A DNA stretch of 64,000 nucleotides, taken from positions 119,356,581-119,420,580 of the forward strand of contig NC_068984.1 of NCBI RefSeq assembly GCF_001194135.2, in the 5' to 3' direction. The position numbers and the translations under genes were made by a program. Shown here piece by piece: positions 49,991 to 63,406 of the stretch. The notes below the pieces were generated by a model. The model was given only the letters and a program-made list of their open reading frames with translations. It made no database searches and was not told where the DNA came from. How positions within the stretch are numbered: position 1 is the stretch's first letter; every line of letters begins with the position of its first letter. The DNA is from Octopus bimaculoides (lineage: Eukaryota).

Positions 49991-51020
49991 TGTGTGTGTG
50001 TTCGTATCTGTACCCAATCACCTCTTGACAGCCAGGGTTGGTTTGTTTATGTCTCCATAACTTGGTAATTTTGGCAAAAAGAGACCCAATAGAATAAGTA
50101 CCTAATTTTAAAAAGAATAGTGTACCGGGGTCGAATTGTTCAGGTAAACAGTTTAAGGTGGTGCTCCAGCATGACCAAAGTCTAATGAGTGAAACATGTA
50201 ATAGATAACAGCCAATGTCATCATCATCAGCGTTTAACATCCGTTTTCCACCCTGGCATGGATTGGATGGTTCGACTGGGGTCTGAGAAGCCAGGAGGCT
50301 GCACCAGGCTCCAATCTGATCTAGCAGTGTTTCTACAGCTGGATGCCCTTCCTAACGCCAACCACTCTGAGAATGTGTATTCACACACACACACATCTTT
50401 TATTTTTTACTTGTTTCAGTCATTAGACTGCGACCATGCTGGAGCTCTGCCTTCATGAATTTTAGCTGAACTAATCAACCCCAGTACTTATTTTCTTTTT
50501 AAGCTTGGTTCTTATTCTATCAGTCTCTTTTGTGAAACCACTAAGCTACAGGGACATAAACACACCAACACCAGTTGTCAAGCGGTGGTGGAGGACAAAC
50601 GCAAATACAAAGACACACACACACACACGTGTATACAACAGGCTTCTTTCAGTTTCCATCTGCCAAATCCGCTCGCAAGGCTTTGGTCAGCCCGAGGCTA
50701 TAGTAGAAGACACTTGCCCAAAGTGCCACGCAATGGAATTGAACCTGGAGTCATGTGGTTGGAAAACAAACTTCTTACTACACAGCAGTACCTACACCTA
50801 TATTATCGTTTCTTTCAGTTTCTACTAACCAAATACAGTCACAAGGTAATGGTCAACCCAGGGCTATAGTAGAAAATACTTACCCAAGTTGCCACATAGT
50901 GAGACTGAACCTGAGACCATGTGGTTGGGAAGCAAACTTCTTACCACATAGCCATATGACTGTATATACAAATTCTGTCTGTGATGGAAGAATGGATGTT
51001 AAATGATGGTGATGATGATG

Positions 51021-51061
<41 letters not shown>

Positions 51062-51799
51062 CACGCATGCACACACACACACACACTTTATACACACACA
51101 CATCATATATCATACCAGAATCCAAAAATTGTATTTTCTCCAAGACTAAAGAATGTACAAAATTCTGCTATTTCAAAGCTCCTGTAGATACAAATATACA
51201 TATATGTGTGTTTCTCTGTATGTGGAGAGAGAGAGAGAGGGGGGGGGGATAGGGGATAGGGGGAAAGAGAAAGACAGAGACAGAGAGAAGGAGAGTGAGA
51301 CGTGTAATAGAGATATGTATATACACAGAATCTAGTTTATATGGTGCAGCCCCTCCCCATATGTGCATACACACACACACCACATACATACATACACACA
51401 CATTCACCATTCACAAAAATTCACTGTTCCTATAGGTAACAATGAGTCACATGGGCATGACTTGATATTTAAAGCAGACAGACAGGCAGACAGATTCAAT
51501 TACTGTTCTATGGAGCAGTAGTTAGAATGGGCAAAGTTACTTTGAGCATGTTACGACTGTTAGGCACTCACTCACTCGCTCACGCTCACTCACTGGCATA
51601 CTCATTCAGTTGCTTACGATGTCTCAGATACTGCTGCACTCACATCTATATTTTTTTTCATTTTTTTTTTCCCACATATTTGCACACAAAATGCACGTGG
51701 CTTCTATCATCATCATCACCATCATCATCACCACCATCATCATCATCATCATCATCATTATCATCATAGCAATAATAATAATCATAATAATGATAATTT

Positions 51800-53350
51800 C
51801 TTTTATTAGCCACAGGGGCATAGATGAGGGGAACATCACAAGAACAGATAACAGTTTATGTAGGGATTTACATAAAGGATGGAGAGAAAGAAATGGAAAA
51901 GACAGTGAAATGTGATAAAAGTATACATAATATGTGATAAAATGAATGATGCAGCAGTCCTGATACAGGAGAAATTCCAACTAGGGCCAATCAAGGAGCC
52001 TCACAGGTCCAAGTTTACCCTAACCACCAAAGTCACGAGCCCTCTCCCAACTGTCGCTCTCCCATCTACAGGCACATACTTAGAGAAGGGCCATTTACTC
52101 TCACTATTTTTTCCACAGTCACCCATCTTTTCACAAATTCACTGGGTGCTAGCACTTCCCCCTCCACCCTCAATTTCCTTTCCAAGTGGAACTTAAAAAG
52201 GTCAATGAAAGCTTGACTGAAGAGGAAGGTGTCTCTCCTCAATCCTGTCAGCTTCTGTCACAGGGGCATAATGATAGGGGCATTGTAAGGATAGTCTACA
52301 ATTTGTGTGGAGGTTTACATAAAATATGAGGCAAAAGAAAGAGAGAAGATAATGAAATGAGATAAAAGTTCAGTCAGTTGGCACTCCATCGCTTACAACG
52401 TCGAGGGTTCCAGTTGATCCAATCAACGGAACAGCCTGCTCGTGAAGTTAACTTGCAAGTGGCTGAGCATTCCACAGACATGTGTACCCTTAACGTAGTT
52501 CTTGGGGATATTCAGCATGACACAGTGTGACAAGGCTGACCCTTTGAATTACAGGCACAACCGAAACAGGAAGAGTGAGAGAAAGTTGTGGTGAAAAAGT
52601 ACAGCAGGGTTCACCACCATCCCCTGCCAGAGCCTCGTGGAGCTTTAGGTGCTTTCGCTCAATAAACATTCACAACGCCTGGTCTGGGAATAGAAACCGC
52701 GATCCTATGACCGCGAGTCCGCTGCCCTAACCACTGGGCCATTGCGCCTCCACAGCAATAAAAGTATACATAATATATAAAGTATGTGAACACACGAATG
52801 ATGCAGTTGTCTTGATGCAAGGGAACTGCCAACTAGGGCCAATCAAGGAGCCTCACAGATCCAGGATAACCCTGACCACCAAAAGCACACGCCCTCTCCC
52901 AACTGTTACCCTCCAATCTACATGTGCATGCCTCAAGTAGGTTCATTCACTCTATCCATTTTTGCCAGTCACCAGCCTTTCAAGAAATTCACCTGGAGAG
53001 AGCACTACCTTCTCCATCCTTGTTTCCCTTTCTAAGTGGAATATAAAAATGTTGAGGAAGGCTTGAACAAAGAGGAAGGTAGCTTTCCTTGATTCTTTCA
53101 ATCTCATCCGTCACACAGCCTCTTTTGCCATAGCCACTAGACAGAAGAACACCGCCCTCAAGCCTTGTTAAAGGTGGGTGGTGAGGTGATACACATGATG
53201 GACTCAACCAGTAGGCAGATTTGCCCTAAATGTGATAAAAGCTGTTCACTATAATTCCACAAGTCAGTAATGCTCGAGCACTGCATGAGTGCATGTAGTG
53301 CAGTTTCATTGCTCTGCACATCTTGGGTAGCCCTGAACACTCTAACCACC
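51800..53350 (-). mobile_element. Two adjacent Tx1-like LINE 3' fragments; the second is interrupted by a SINE
   Basis: 51910-52250 and 52765-53100 are diverged copies of each other. They contain an LVAMAKEAV motif and a zinc-knuckle remnant SNETALHALMQCSSITDLW (53158-53349). Confidence 0.7.
52371..52753 (-). mobile_element. tRNA-derived SINE sharing head and body with 62478-62680 but with a different tail
   Basis: GTGGAGGCGCAATGGCCCAGTGGTTAGGGCAGCGGACTC head. Identity to the 62478 copy stops after CCTGTTTC. Confidence 0.8.
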
Positions 53351-54544
53351 AGGCCACATACCTCACTACTCCAACACTAGGCTGGTACTTTATTTAATCA
53401 ACTCTGAAAGGATGACAGCAAAATTGACCTTGGTGAGATTTGAACCTGGAACATAAAGAATCAACAAAATACCACAAAGGCATTTTGACCAAAGTTTTAA
53501 TAATTCTGTCAATCTACTCTCTTATGTTTTAGCATAAGTAACAAGGTCAAGAAATTTGGGGGAGGAGTTTAAACAATAACGTTGACTCCAGCACTACTTC
53601 ATTTTAACAACCTTGAAGTTGATTTGAACTCAGAATATAGAGCCAGAAAGTACTTGTCCCTGGTATAATAAGGAAACAAAGAATCAATATGGTGACTGTT
53701 ATTTCTACATCTTTGATGTTACAAAGTACAAGAAGATGAACCATTCTGACACCAACATTCTGGAGACTGCCTCTGGTTCTATGAAACAAATTCTCTGTTT
53801 TAACCCTTTAGCATTTAAATCAGCCATGTCCAGCCAAAATTTTCTTCTTCGTTAATGTGAAAACTGGCCAAGTCTGGCCTCTCACACCTACCCAACAGTG
53901 TCATTCAAAACATAAACAATCACATCATTGAAATCTAAGAGCTACAAGATAACGCATGATTAATTCAAATCAAATATGAATTAATATGTATCACATTTGA
54001 CAGAATAATCCGAATGCTAAAGGATTAAAGTGGTCTAAGTTAAAACCATCTATCAAAATTTCAGGTTAATTGATGCTTGAAACTCAAGCTTAATAATGAC
54101 AAAGCTATTTTACTAGATTTTTCATGAATTTTAAAATTAATTGCAACAAAGGCAATGTATTCTAACAAAAATTTGGAAACAAAAGAGTTAAAGGAAAGCA
54201 AGTTGTCTTTCATAGCACCATCAGTTCCTCATAGTGAAAGTTTACTAATACCACAACCACCAGCAAATGTAATTAATGTTACTTGAAAGTACATCGCTAT
54301 TTGCTCTGGCACCCTATCACTACCATTTTTATCTTCTTCCCAGCTGTTCTCATCCTTATATAATGTGGGGTAGCCATGTATCTCCTCTATAGCAAGACGT
54401 TTGTGCTTGTCCCTGTATCATACCTTATCTTCTTGAGACCTAATGTAAAACTACCTCTTCTTCTCAAATATTACCCCCACTTAGTCAAGAGCCCTTTTTC
54501 CTATTCTTATCCTGTCTTGTAAGTTACTTGGCAGCCTCACTAGT

Positions 54545-55115
54545 GCTGATTAAAAACAAAGTGGCAAAAGTTAAAATTGGAGCAGCTGTAGCTAAAAGTA
54601 GAGTAGGTGTGGTTAAAAGTAGATCAGACATGGTTAAAAGAAGAGCACCAGTGGTTAAAAGTAGAGTATCTATGATTAAAAGTAGAGCACCTGTGGTTAA
54701 AAGTAGAGTAGCTGTAGTTAAAAGAGCAGGTGTCTTAAAAATAGAGCAGGTGTGGTTAAAAGTAGAGCAGGGGCAGTTAAAAGTAGAGCACCTGTGGTAA
54801 AAAGTAGAGCAGGTGTAGCTAAAAGAGCAGGTGTGATTAAAAGTAGAGCAGGTGTAGTTAACAGAGCAGGTGTGGTTAAAAGTAGGGCAGGTGTGGTTAA
54901 AAGTAGAGCAGGTGTGGTTAAAAGTAGAGCAGGTGTGGTTAAAAGTAGAGCAGGGGTAGTTAAAAGTAGAGTACCTGTGGTGAAAAGTAGAGCAGGTGTA
55001 GTTAACAGAGCAGGTGTGGTTAAAAGTAGAGCAGGAGTAGTTAAATGTAGAGAAGGTGTGCTTAAAAGTAGAGCAGCTGTGCTTAAAAGTAGAGCAGGTG
55101 TGCTTAAAAGTGGGA
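54545..55115. repeat. 21-bp minisatellite (GTGGTTAAAAGTAGAGCAGGT)n with 18-bp variants
   Basis: About 28 tandem units visible directly, degenerating towards both ends. Confidence 0.9.
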
Positions 55116-55194
55116 CAGCTAAGGTTAATCAAACCTACATCACTATAGTGACTGAGCAAGACCACATCTAGTGATATATGTAGGATTAATTTTT

Positions 55195-55500
55195 CCATGA
55201 AGCAGTCTTAAACATACCTTGGAGAACTTATCCCACCAAGAAACAGCTGCATATAAGGAAAAGATGCTTGTGCTTTGTGGGACAACGCTGGCAAGCTAAA
55301 GTAGAGCTGGCATGTGACCTACTGCTATGGATGTCAAAACATGGCCATACTCAAGCTAGTTATCTGCTGCTCAGCATACGTAGATCAACTCCCTAGAGAC
55401 ACTGGATGCCTCCCTGAAAACTTCTCTCAACTAATGCAGGACCAAGATGGATGGTGTGTGCAGGTTAAGAATGTCTGAGCAAGCTCAACCAGGTGATGAT
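55195..55500 (+). mobile_element. Old RTE/RTE-X-like LINE 3' end
   Basis: Frameshifted AVLNIPWRTYPTKKQL..DLLLWM..AYVDQL.RDTGCLPE...LMQDQDGW. Confidence 0.6.
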
Positions 55501-55759
55501 GAATAGTGTAAAAAAAGTAGATTATATACAATTAAAGACTCACTTTTATATATAGAGATATACAGATAGATAAATACATATATGTATGTATGATTGCTAG
55601 CTAGCTAGATGGATGGATGGATGGACGGACGGATAGATAGATAAATGGATAGATAGATAGATAGATAGATAGGGAGACAGACAAACAGGCAAATAGAATA
55701 GATAGATGACAGATAGATACAGGTGGAGAGGATTGGCATGCAAATGTCCTGTGCAGGTC

Positions 55760-56110
55760 CTCATAAAAAGCATTTGTGCTGGTGCCACATAAAAGCACCC
55801 GTGCAGTGCCACATAAGAGCACCTATGCCATGCCACATAAAAGCACCCATGTAGTGCCACATAAAAGTACCCACACAGTGCCACATAAACGTGCCTGTGT
55901 GGTGTCCTGTAAAAGCACCCATGCAGTGCCATGGAAAAGCACCCAGCACACTCTATAAAGTGGGTGGTGTTAGGAAGGGCATCCAGCTGAAAAAACCATG
56001 CCAAATCAGACTGGAGTCTGGTGCAGCTCTCCAACTTGCCAGCTCCAGCCAAACTGTCCAAACCATGCCAGCATGGACAACAGACGTTAAATGATGTTGA
56101 TGATGATGAG
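55760..56110 (+). mobile_element. RTE-type 3' UTR copy with 24-bp internal tandem array and (GAT)n tail
   Basis: Seven GTGCCACATAAAAGCACCCATGCA-like units followed by the conserved RTE 3' end. Confidence 0.75.
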
Positions 56111-56269
56111 TCATATATATATATCTGCCACCGCTGCCACCACTGCTGCCACCACCATCACTACCACCATAATTTTGCATTCTTTTTCCTTGCCTGTATG
56201 GGTTGGATGGATCTCTAGCAGGATAGTATCATGTCAGTTGTTGCAATCCTTTATCATCTCCTTTGAGAG

Positions 56270-56510
56270 GTTTAGCCTCTTGAAATCAGCTTCATCGTTT
56301 CTTCTCCTGGCTTCCTCGGTCTGCCCCTTCTGATTCTTCCACTACATCTCTTGCACATAAATAGTTTGCCCTGAATACACACCATGGAACCCTGCCGTCT
56401 GCTTCTTTTTGCATATTGAGCATGACCACTTTCCAGATGGCAGCAGAGTCTTGTCACTGTTAGTCTTCGACATGTTTACTTTGAAGTCTCTTGATTCTAA
56501 GCTTTCCTTA
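56270..56510 (-). mobile_element. Internally deleted RTE fragment
   Basis: The minus strand has LESRDFKVNMSK, PSGKWSCSICKK and GRIRRGRPRK pieces. Confidence 0.6.
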
Positions 56511-56758
56511 ACATGTGGAATTACATTTTTGGTTCTTTAGAAGATTTTGTTATACAACTGCAGGTATTGATAGACTAGACACACACATTGCAGTGTGTAA
56601 GAAGCTTACTTCTCAACTACATGGTTCTGTGTTCAGTCCCACTGTGTGGCACCTTGGGTAAGTGTCTTCTAGTATAGTCTCGGGCTGACCAAAGCCTTGG
56701 GAGTGGATTTGGTAAACAGAAACTGAAAGAAGCCCATCGTACATATATATATATATAT

Positions 56759-56796
<38 letters not shown>

Positions 56797-57306
56797 TTAA
56801 TGTCCATCTTCCATGCATGCATGGGTAGGACTGCTGACAGGAACAGGCCAGGTAGAAAAACTACCCTAGGCTACTGTGTCTGTTTTGGCAGAGATTTTAT
56901 GGCTGGATACCCTTCCTAACACTAACTACTCAACAGAGTGGACTCAGTACTTTTTACGTGGCATTAGCACAGGCAAGGTTAGTTTCAGCATGATTTTTAC
57001 AGCTGGATGCCCTTCCAAATGCCAACCACATTATAGTGTGGACTGGATGCTTTTAATGTGGCACCAGCAGTGGATATATATATAAACATAGGCTTCTTTC
57101 AGTTTCCATGCATCAAATCCACTTACAAGACTTTGGTAGATTTGAGGCAAAAGTAGAAGACACTTGTCCAAGGTGCTACACGTAGGACTGAACCTGAAAT
57201 TGTGTGGCTGGGAAGTGAACATCTGATCCACACAAGCATGCCTGTACCTCTAACTACCAGTGTATCAAATGTCTACTTAAGCAAAGCTGGCCAATACTGT
57301 CTACAA

Positions 57307-57598
57307 CAGGGGTTTTCAACTATTCTTTATCTATGGACCCCTTTGATTACTATTTTATTCTGGTGGACCCCCACGACCATTCGATGTATAAAAACTAGTT
57401 TTATATAGAAACTTCTTTCAAAATTCCTATTTTGTTTTTCACACATTAACTTGTGTAGGTTGAGCTATGTAAAACATTAAAGAAAGAAACCTAGCTTTTC
57501 TTGCAATACATACCAATACATACATCTAAAGCAACATTTTTTCAGGGGCCCTTAAAATACTACTGTTGCGTTGCATGGACCCCAGTTGAGAACCATTA
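57307..57598. mobile_element. hAT-superfamily MITE
   Basis: TIRs CAGGGGTTTTCAAC and GTTGAGAACCATTA. A perfect 8-bp TSD GTCTACAA occurs at 57299-57306 and 57599-57606. Confidence 0.85.
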
Positions 57599-59804
57599 GT
57601 CTACAACATCCATCCAGCAAAATCAGTTTGTTTACAAATTGCAGGGACTCTTCACTCTACTTTTCTATGACCTGTACACTCCTTTTTGTTTCTGTTTGTT
57701 TTTCAGTTTCTTTTTTCCAGTTTGTTTTGAAGAGAAAGGAATATATAATGAGATGATAATTTCATGTCTTGTTTTGCAATTTTATTGAAGCACTAAACAA
57801 TAAAAATATTTTTATAGCATTGATGATTGTATTTTTTCCTGTTCTAAATGTTTATTCCATATTTAATGACAAAGATACCAGTATTTAGATTTCTTGGATG
57901 TTTGTAAGTGTAAGGTCAGGAGTAGCCTAGTAATTTCTCTGTAGCTTAACATATTTCTGTGACTCTATTCCTACCAGATTAAAGAACTCCTACATCTTAA
58001 AGACATTTCTTTTACTGCCTTTTGAAGATCCTGTAGAACAGATGTACTTTCTGAAATGGTGTCGGTCATGAGTGAGATTTCATCAGTATAATATGTAACT
58101 GTTATTTATGAGTAGGAGATAAAGGGATGTTGATTTTATAAGAGTGAAGCCATGTTCTTTAATTTTGTCAATACAAGTGTAAAGAACATGCTTCAGGCAG
58201 ATGATAAAAAAAGGATTAGTGCAAGCATGTCACCTTGCTAGACACATGTAGAGACACCAAAGCAATTCAAGTCTCCATCAGGTGATTTTACTTTAGCTCT
58301 TGTATTCTCCTACAGCAGTCATGGTTAAATTGTGGCCCATGGGCTGGATGCAACCTGCGCAATTTTCTGAATGAAAAATTACCATGAATGTTTTTAGTAG
58401 TGCAACCCACCTGATAATGAACCAACTCTCATACAGCCTGTTTCTCAGAGAAGGTTACTGAAGCCAGTCCTTAAGTATCATTACAGTTGTTTCGCTATGC
58501 AACCATAATATACTACAGAGTGTCCTACCACGTTAGCAGTGCCATTAAATCTAGAGAAAATCTGTAGCGATAACCTTAAAAATTCATTATAGCTGCTGCT
58601 ATCACTCACGGTATTCTATATGTCAGAAGAATTTGTTCCATTTTTGTCAAGGTGGACAAAGTTGAAAGCCTTTAAGAAGTCTGAAAAGACTACAAAAAGG
58701 AAGACTGCCTACAGATTTTTAGTCCTGACTCCATCAATGATTCTTCTAATTGCTAAAATCTGTCCAATAATAGACCAATTTTTCCTAAACTCATTTTAGT
58801 TTCTTAAGCTCTAGCTGTATCATCATCATCGTTTAACGTCCGCTTTCCATGCTAGCATGGGTTGGACGATTTGACTGAGGACTGGTGAAACCGGATGGCA
58901 ACACCAGGCTCCAATCTAAATTTGGCAGAGTATATGGCTTACTAATAATTTGTAGTAGATATTGCTGCTTTTACAATAAGGGTAACCCTGCTCTGTATTT
59001 TTTAGTCATCCATAAATTAGTTTTCTTGGAGGATGGGAGAATATAACCTTCAGTCCATTTCTCAAATGAGTTTTAATCATATGATTTCAGGTTCAATTCT
59101 ACTGTGTGGCACCTTGGGCAAGCATTTTCTATTATGGCCTTATGCCAGCCAAAGCCTTGCAAGTGGTTATAGTAAATACAAACTGAAAGAAACTTGCCCT
59201 GTGTATCTCTCTCTATATATATACACACACATACACATGCATACATATACATACATACATATGTAAATATATATATGCATGTATATATAGGTGAGCTGGC
59301 AGAATTGTTAGCACGCCGGGCGAAATGCTTAGCAGTATTTCGTCTGCCACTACATTCTGAGTTCAAATTCCACCGAGGTTGACTTTGTCTTTCATCCTTT
59401 CGGGGTCAATTAAATAAGTACCAGTTACACACTGGGGTCGATGTAATCGACTTAATCCCTTTGTCTGTCCTTGTTTGTCCCTTCTATGTTTAGCCCCTTG
59501 TGGGCAATAAAGAATTGTACATATATGTGTGTGTTTATGTTGCCTTGTCTTAACATCACATGGTGGTTGTAAAGGAATGTCACTGATTTACAAGGACTAT
59601 CATTCATTTTGAGTTTTCTGTGACAACATGCCTGGCCAAGGATAAAATATTACCTTGCTTGAAAACAAGCAAAAGTTGGCATCAAGAAGGGCATTCAGCA
59701 ATAGAAAAACCTGCCTCAACAAATTTTGTCTAAACTATGCAGACACAGAAAGTACATGTTATGATGAAGACAGTCTTGGTGGTGGTAGTGGTGCTGGTGG
59801 TGGT

Positions 59805-60000
59805 GGTGAATACAAAATTAGGAGAACAGTATTAAATGCCTCAGTATTCCAGACATCTACTGATACATTATCAAGGCCAGTTGCCTTCCTGCTTTTGGTC
59901 TTTTTATTCAGTATGTCAGTGAGTTCATCTAATGTGAGAACACCATGTTTATTATCAAGATTGTGTTTAATAGCAGTTTCTATGGGTCTAACTGAAACTG
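59805..60000 (-). mobile_element. LINE RT N-terminal fragment
   Basis: LTLDELTDILNKKTKSRKATGLDNVSVDVW resembles the K.PG.D.I..E.W motif upstream of LINE RT domain 1. Confidence 0.6.
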
Positions 60001-60699
60001 CCAAAAGGGATTACCCAAAAGTAAAGTTGACTGTAATTTTTCAATCTTTCAAATAACTTTTAGTGTGTTTCTTAATCACAGACCCATACCTTTTACCTTT
60101 TACTTGTTTCAGTCATTAGACCGTGGCCATGCTGGGGCACAATCTTGAAAAATTTTTAGTTTGACACTAATACTTATATATTTTTTTAAAGCCAAGTACT
60201 TATTCTGTTGGTCTATTTTGACAAACCATTAAATTACAGGGACATAAACACACCAACACCAGCTGTCAAGCTGTGGTGAAGAACAAATATAGACACAAAG
60301 ACACATACACAGACAGAATATATATATAGGCTTCTTTCAGTGTCTGTCTACCAAATCCACTCACAAACACAAGTCTATAGTAGAAGACACTTGGCCAAGG
60401 TGCCATGCAATGGGACTGAACCCCGAACCATGTGGTTGGGAAGCAAGCTTGTTACCAAACTTATTATTATTTAGGTGGCGAGCTGGCAGAATCCTTAGCA
60501 CACTGGACAAAATACCTAGTGAAATTTTGTTTGTCTTTACGTTCTGAGTCCAAATTCTGTTGAGATCAACTTTGCCTTTCATTCTATTGAGGTTGATGAA
60601 ATAAATACCAGTTGAGCACTGGGTTCAATGTAGTTGATTAGCCCCACCACCCAAATTTCAGGCCTTGTGCTTCTAGTAGAAAGGATTATTATCATCATC

Positions 60700-62270
60700 G
60701 ATGCTGCCAATAAGGTGAGGGTTGACAATGAGTACAGTAATGAATTCCAGGTAGAGGTAGGGGTCCACCAAGGTTCCGTCCTCAGCCCCCTCCTATTTAC
60801 CATAGTCCTCCAGGTGATCACAGAGGAATTCAAGACAGGTTGCCCCTGGGAGCTCCTCTATGCTGATGACCTCACACTAATTGCGGAGTCACTATCAGAA
60901 CTAGAGGAGAAGTTTCAGGTGTGGAAGCAAGGACTAGAATCGAAGGGCCTTAGAGTCAACCTAGCTAAAACCAAAATCCTAATAAGTAGAAAGGTAGATA
61001 AAACACAAACCCCTTCAGGTAGATGGCCCTGCTCAGTATGTAGAAAAGGAGTAGGTNNNNNNNNNNNNNNNNNNNNNNNNNNNNNNNNNNNNNNNNNNNN
61101 NNNNNNNNNNNNNNNNNNNNNNNNNNNNNNNNNNNNNNNNNNNNNNNNNNNNNNNNNNNNNNNNNNNNNNNNNNNNNNNNNNNNNNNNNNNNNNNNNNNN
61201 NNNNNNNNNNNNNNNNNNNNNNNNNNNNNNNNNNNNNNNNNNNNNNNNNNNNNNNNNNNNNNNNNNNNNNNNNNNNNNNNNNNNNNNNNNNNNNNNNNNN
61301 NNNNNNNNNNNNNNNNNNNNNNNNNNNNNNNNNNNNNNNNNNNNNNNNNNNNNNNNNNNNNNNNNNNNNNNNNNNNNNNNNNNNNNNNNNNNNNNNNNNN
61401 NNNNNNNNNNNNNNNNNNNNNNNNNNNNNNNNNNNNNNNNNNNNNNNNNNNNNNNNNNNNNNNNNNNNNNNNNNNNNNNNNNNNNNNNNNNNNNNNNNNN
61501 NNNNNNNNNNNNNNNNNNNNNNNNNNNNNNNNNNNNNNNNNNNNNNNNNNNNNNNNNNNNNNNNNNNNNNNNNNNNNNNNNNNNNNNNNNNNNNNNNNNN
61601 NNNNNNNNNNNNNNNNNNNNNNNNNNNNNNNNNNNNNNNNNNNNNNNNNNNNNNNNNNNNNNNNNNNNNNNNNNNNNNNNNNNNNNNNNNNNNNNNNNNN
61701 NNNNNNNNNNNNNNNNNNNNNNNNNNNNNNNNNNNNNNNNNNNNNNNNNNNNNNNNNNNNNNNNNNNNNNNNNNNNNNNNNNNNNNNNNNNNNNNNNNNN
61801 NNNNNNNNNNNNNNNNNNNNNNNNNNNNNNNNNNNNNNNNNNNNNNNNNNNNNNNNNNNNNNNNNNNNNNNNNNNNNNNNNNNNNNNNNNNNNNNNNNNN
61901 NNNNNNNNNNNNNNNNNNNNNNNNNNNNNNNNNNNNNNNNNNNNNNNNNNNNNNNNNNNNNNNNNNNNNNNNNNNNNNNNNNNNNNNNNNNNNNNNNNNN
62001 NNNNNNNNNNNNNNNNNCATAAGATGCACCATTTTGAGCGTGGCCATTGCCAGTACCGCCTGACTGGCCTTCGTGCGGGTGACACGTAAAAGCACCCACT
62101 ACACTCTCTGAGTGGTTGGCGTTAGGAAGGGCATCCAGCTGTAGAAACTCTGCCAAATTAGACTGGAGCCTGGTGTAGCCATCCGGTTTCACCAGTCCTC
62201 ACTCAAATCGTCCAACCCATGCTAGCATGGAAAGCGGACGTTAAACGATAATGATGATGATGATGATGAT
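60700..62270 (+). mobile_element. RTE LINE (RT domain, N gap, 3' UTR, (GAT)n tail)
   Basis: KVRVDNEYS..GVHQGSVLSPLLF..WELLYADDL..GLRVNLAKTK..PSGRWPCSVCRKGVG lies before the gap. The RTE 3' UTR resumes at 62018. Confidence 0.85.
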
Positions 62271-62477
62271 CTTCACAACACCAGGCAAAATGATTAGCAG
62301 CATTTCGGCCATCTTTATGTTCTGAGTTCAAATTCCGCTGAGGTCGACTTTGCCTTTCATCTGTTCGGAGTCAATAAAACAAGTACCAGTTGAGCACTGG
62401 GGTAACTTAATTGACTTGACCCCTTCCTCAAAACTGCTGGCTTTGTGCCAAACTTTGAAACCATTATTATCATCCAC

Positions 62478-62788
62478 GTGGAGGCGCTATGGCCCAGTGG
62501 TTAGGGCAGCGGACTCATGGTCAGAGGGTCGCGGTTTCGATTCCCAGACCGGGCGTTGTGTGTGTTTATTGAGCGAAACACCTAAGCTCCACGAGGCTCC
62601 GGCAGGGGGTGGTGGCAACCCCTGTTGTACTCTTTCGCCCCAACTTTCTCTCACTCTTTCTTCCTGTTTCTTGAGTAACGCTGCGATGGACTGGCGCCCT
62701 GTCCAGCTGGGGGGGGGGAACACATATGCCATAGAAACCGGAAAACCGGGCCTATGAGCCTGGCTAGGCTTTGAAAGGGCGACGTTTA
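62478..62788 (+). mobile_element. tRNA-derived SINE with V-domain-like segment
   Basis: A box TGGCCCAGTGG, B box GGTTTCGATTCC, central CTGCGATGGACTGGCGCCCTGTCCAGCTG, tail AAACCGGGCCTATGAGCCTGGCTAGGCTTTGAAAGGGCG. Confidence 0.8.
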
Positions 62789-63347
62789 TCGTTTTTTATT
62801 ATCATCCTCAATGTCATCAATATTGCACAACTGCTGTTGCTAAACTTAACTAAACAATAACAAAAGAGATAGAAAATAATTCAGCCCAATGAAGAAGGTA
62901 TCCGTTCATCCGTACCAGAGATAAATGTAGATCAAATGAGTCAAAACTTTCTACATTCAAATGATATAAAGAACTGAAGCTGAAAAAGAGACTAGAATCA
63001 GATTATGTGCTTATATCCTGCCTTGCTAGTAAACATTAACACATGATCACTCATTCACTCTCTCTCTTTTTCTCTCCCGCCTGTTCTTCCTCTCTCCCTC
63101 CATCCTCTTTTATCCTACCTTCCCTCGAAATCCCCTCTGACTTCTTCTCTTTCTCTCTCTCTCTCTCTCTAGTAATCCATGTGACCTCTCTGTGACAAAA
63201 TAAGCCACTTGTTTGCATAATCATCAAGTGTATAAACAGCAGTTACTTTGTTTCAGAAGACCACTTATGATATGTACGTGCAACAGATGTTAGTATTGGT
63301 GGTACACTACAACATAAAGGACACTCACTATCATCCCCCTTTCTTTC

Positions 63348-63406
<59 letters not shown>

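Noticed and set aside
54524-55198. 224-aa Cys/His-rich ORF (STFNHTC repeats) as a real protein
   Set aside because: It is entirely minisatellite-derived, changes repeat frame midway, and has no splice or domain support.
62478-62555. Functional tRNA gene
   Set aside because: The A and B boxes continue directly into SINE body sequence shared with other copies, with no complete acceptor stem or Pol III terminator.
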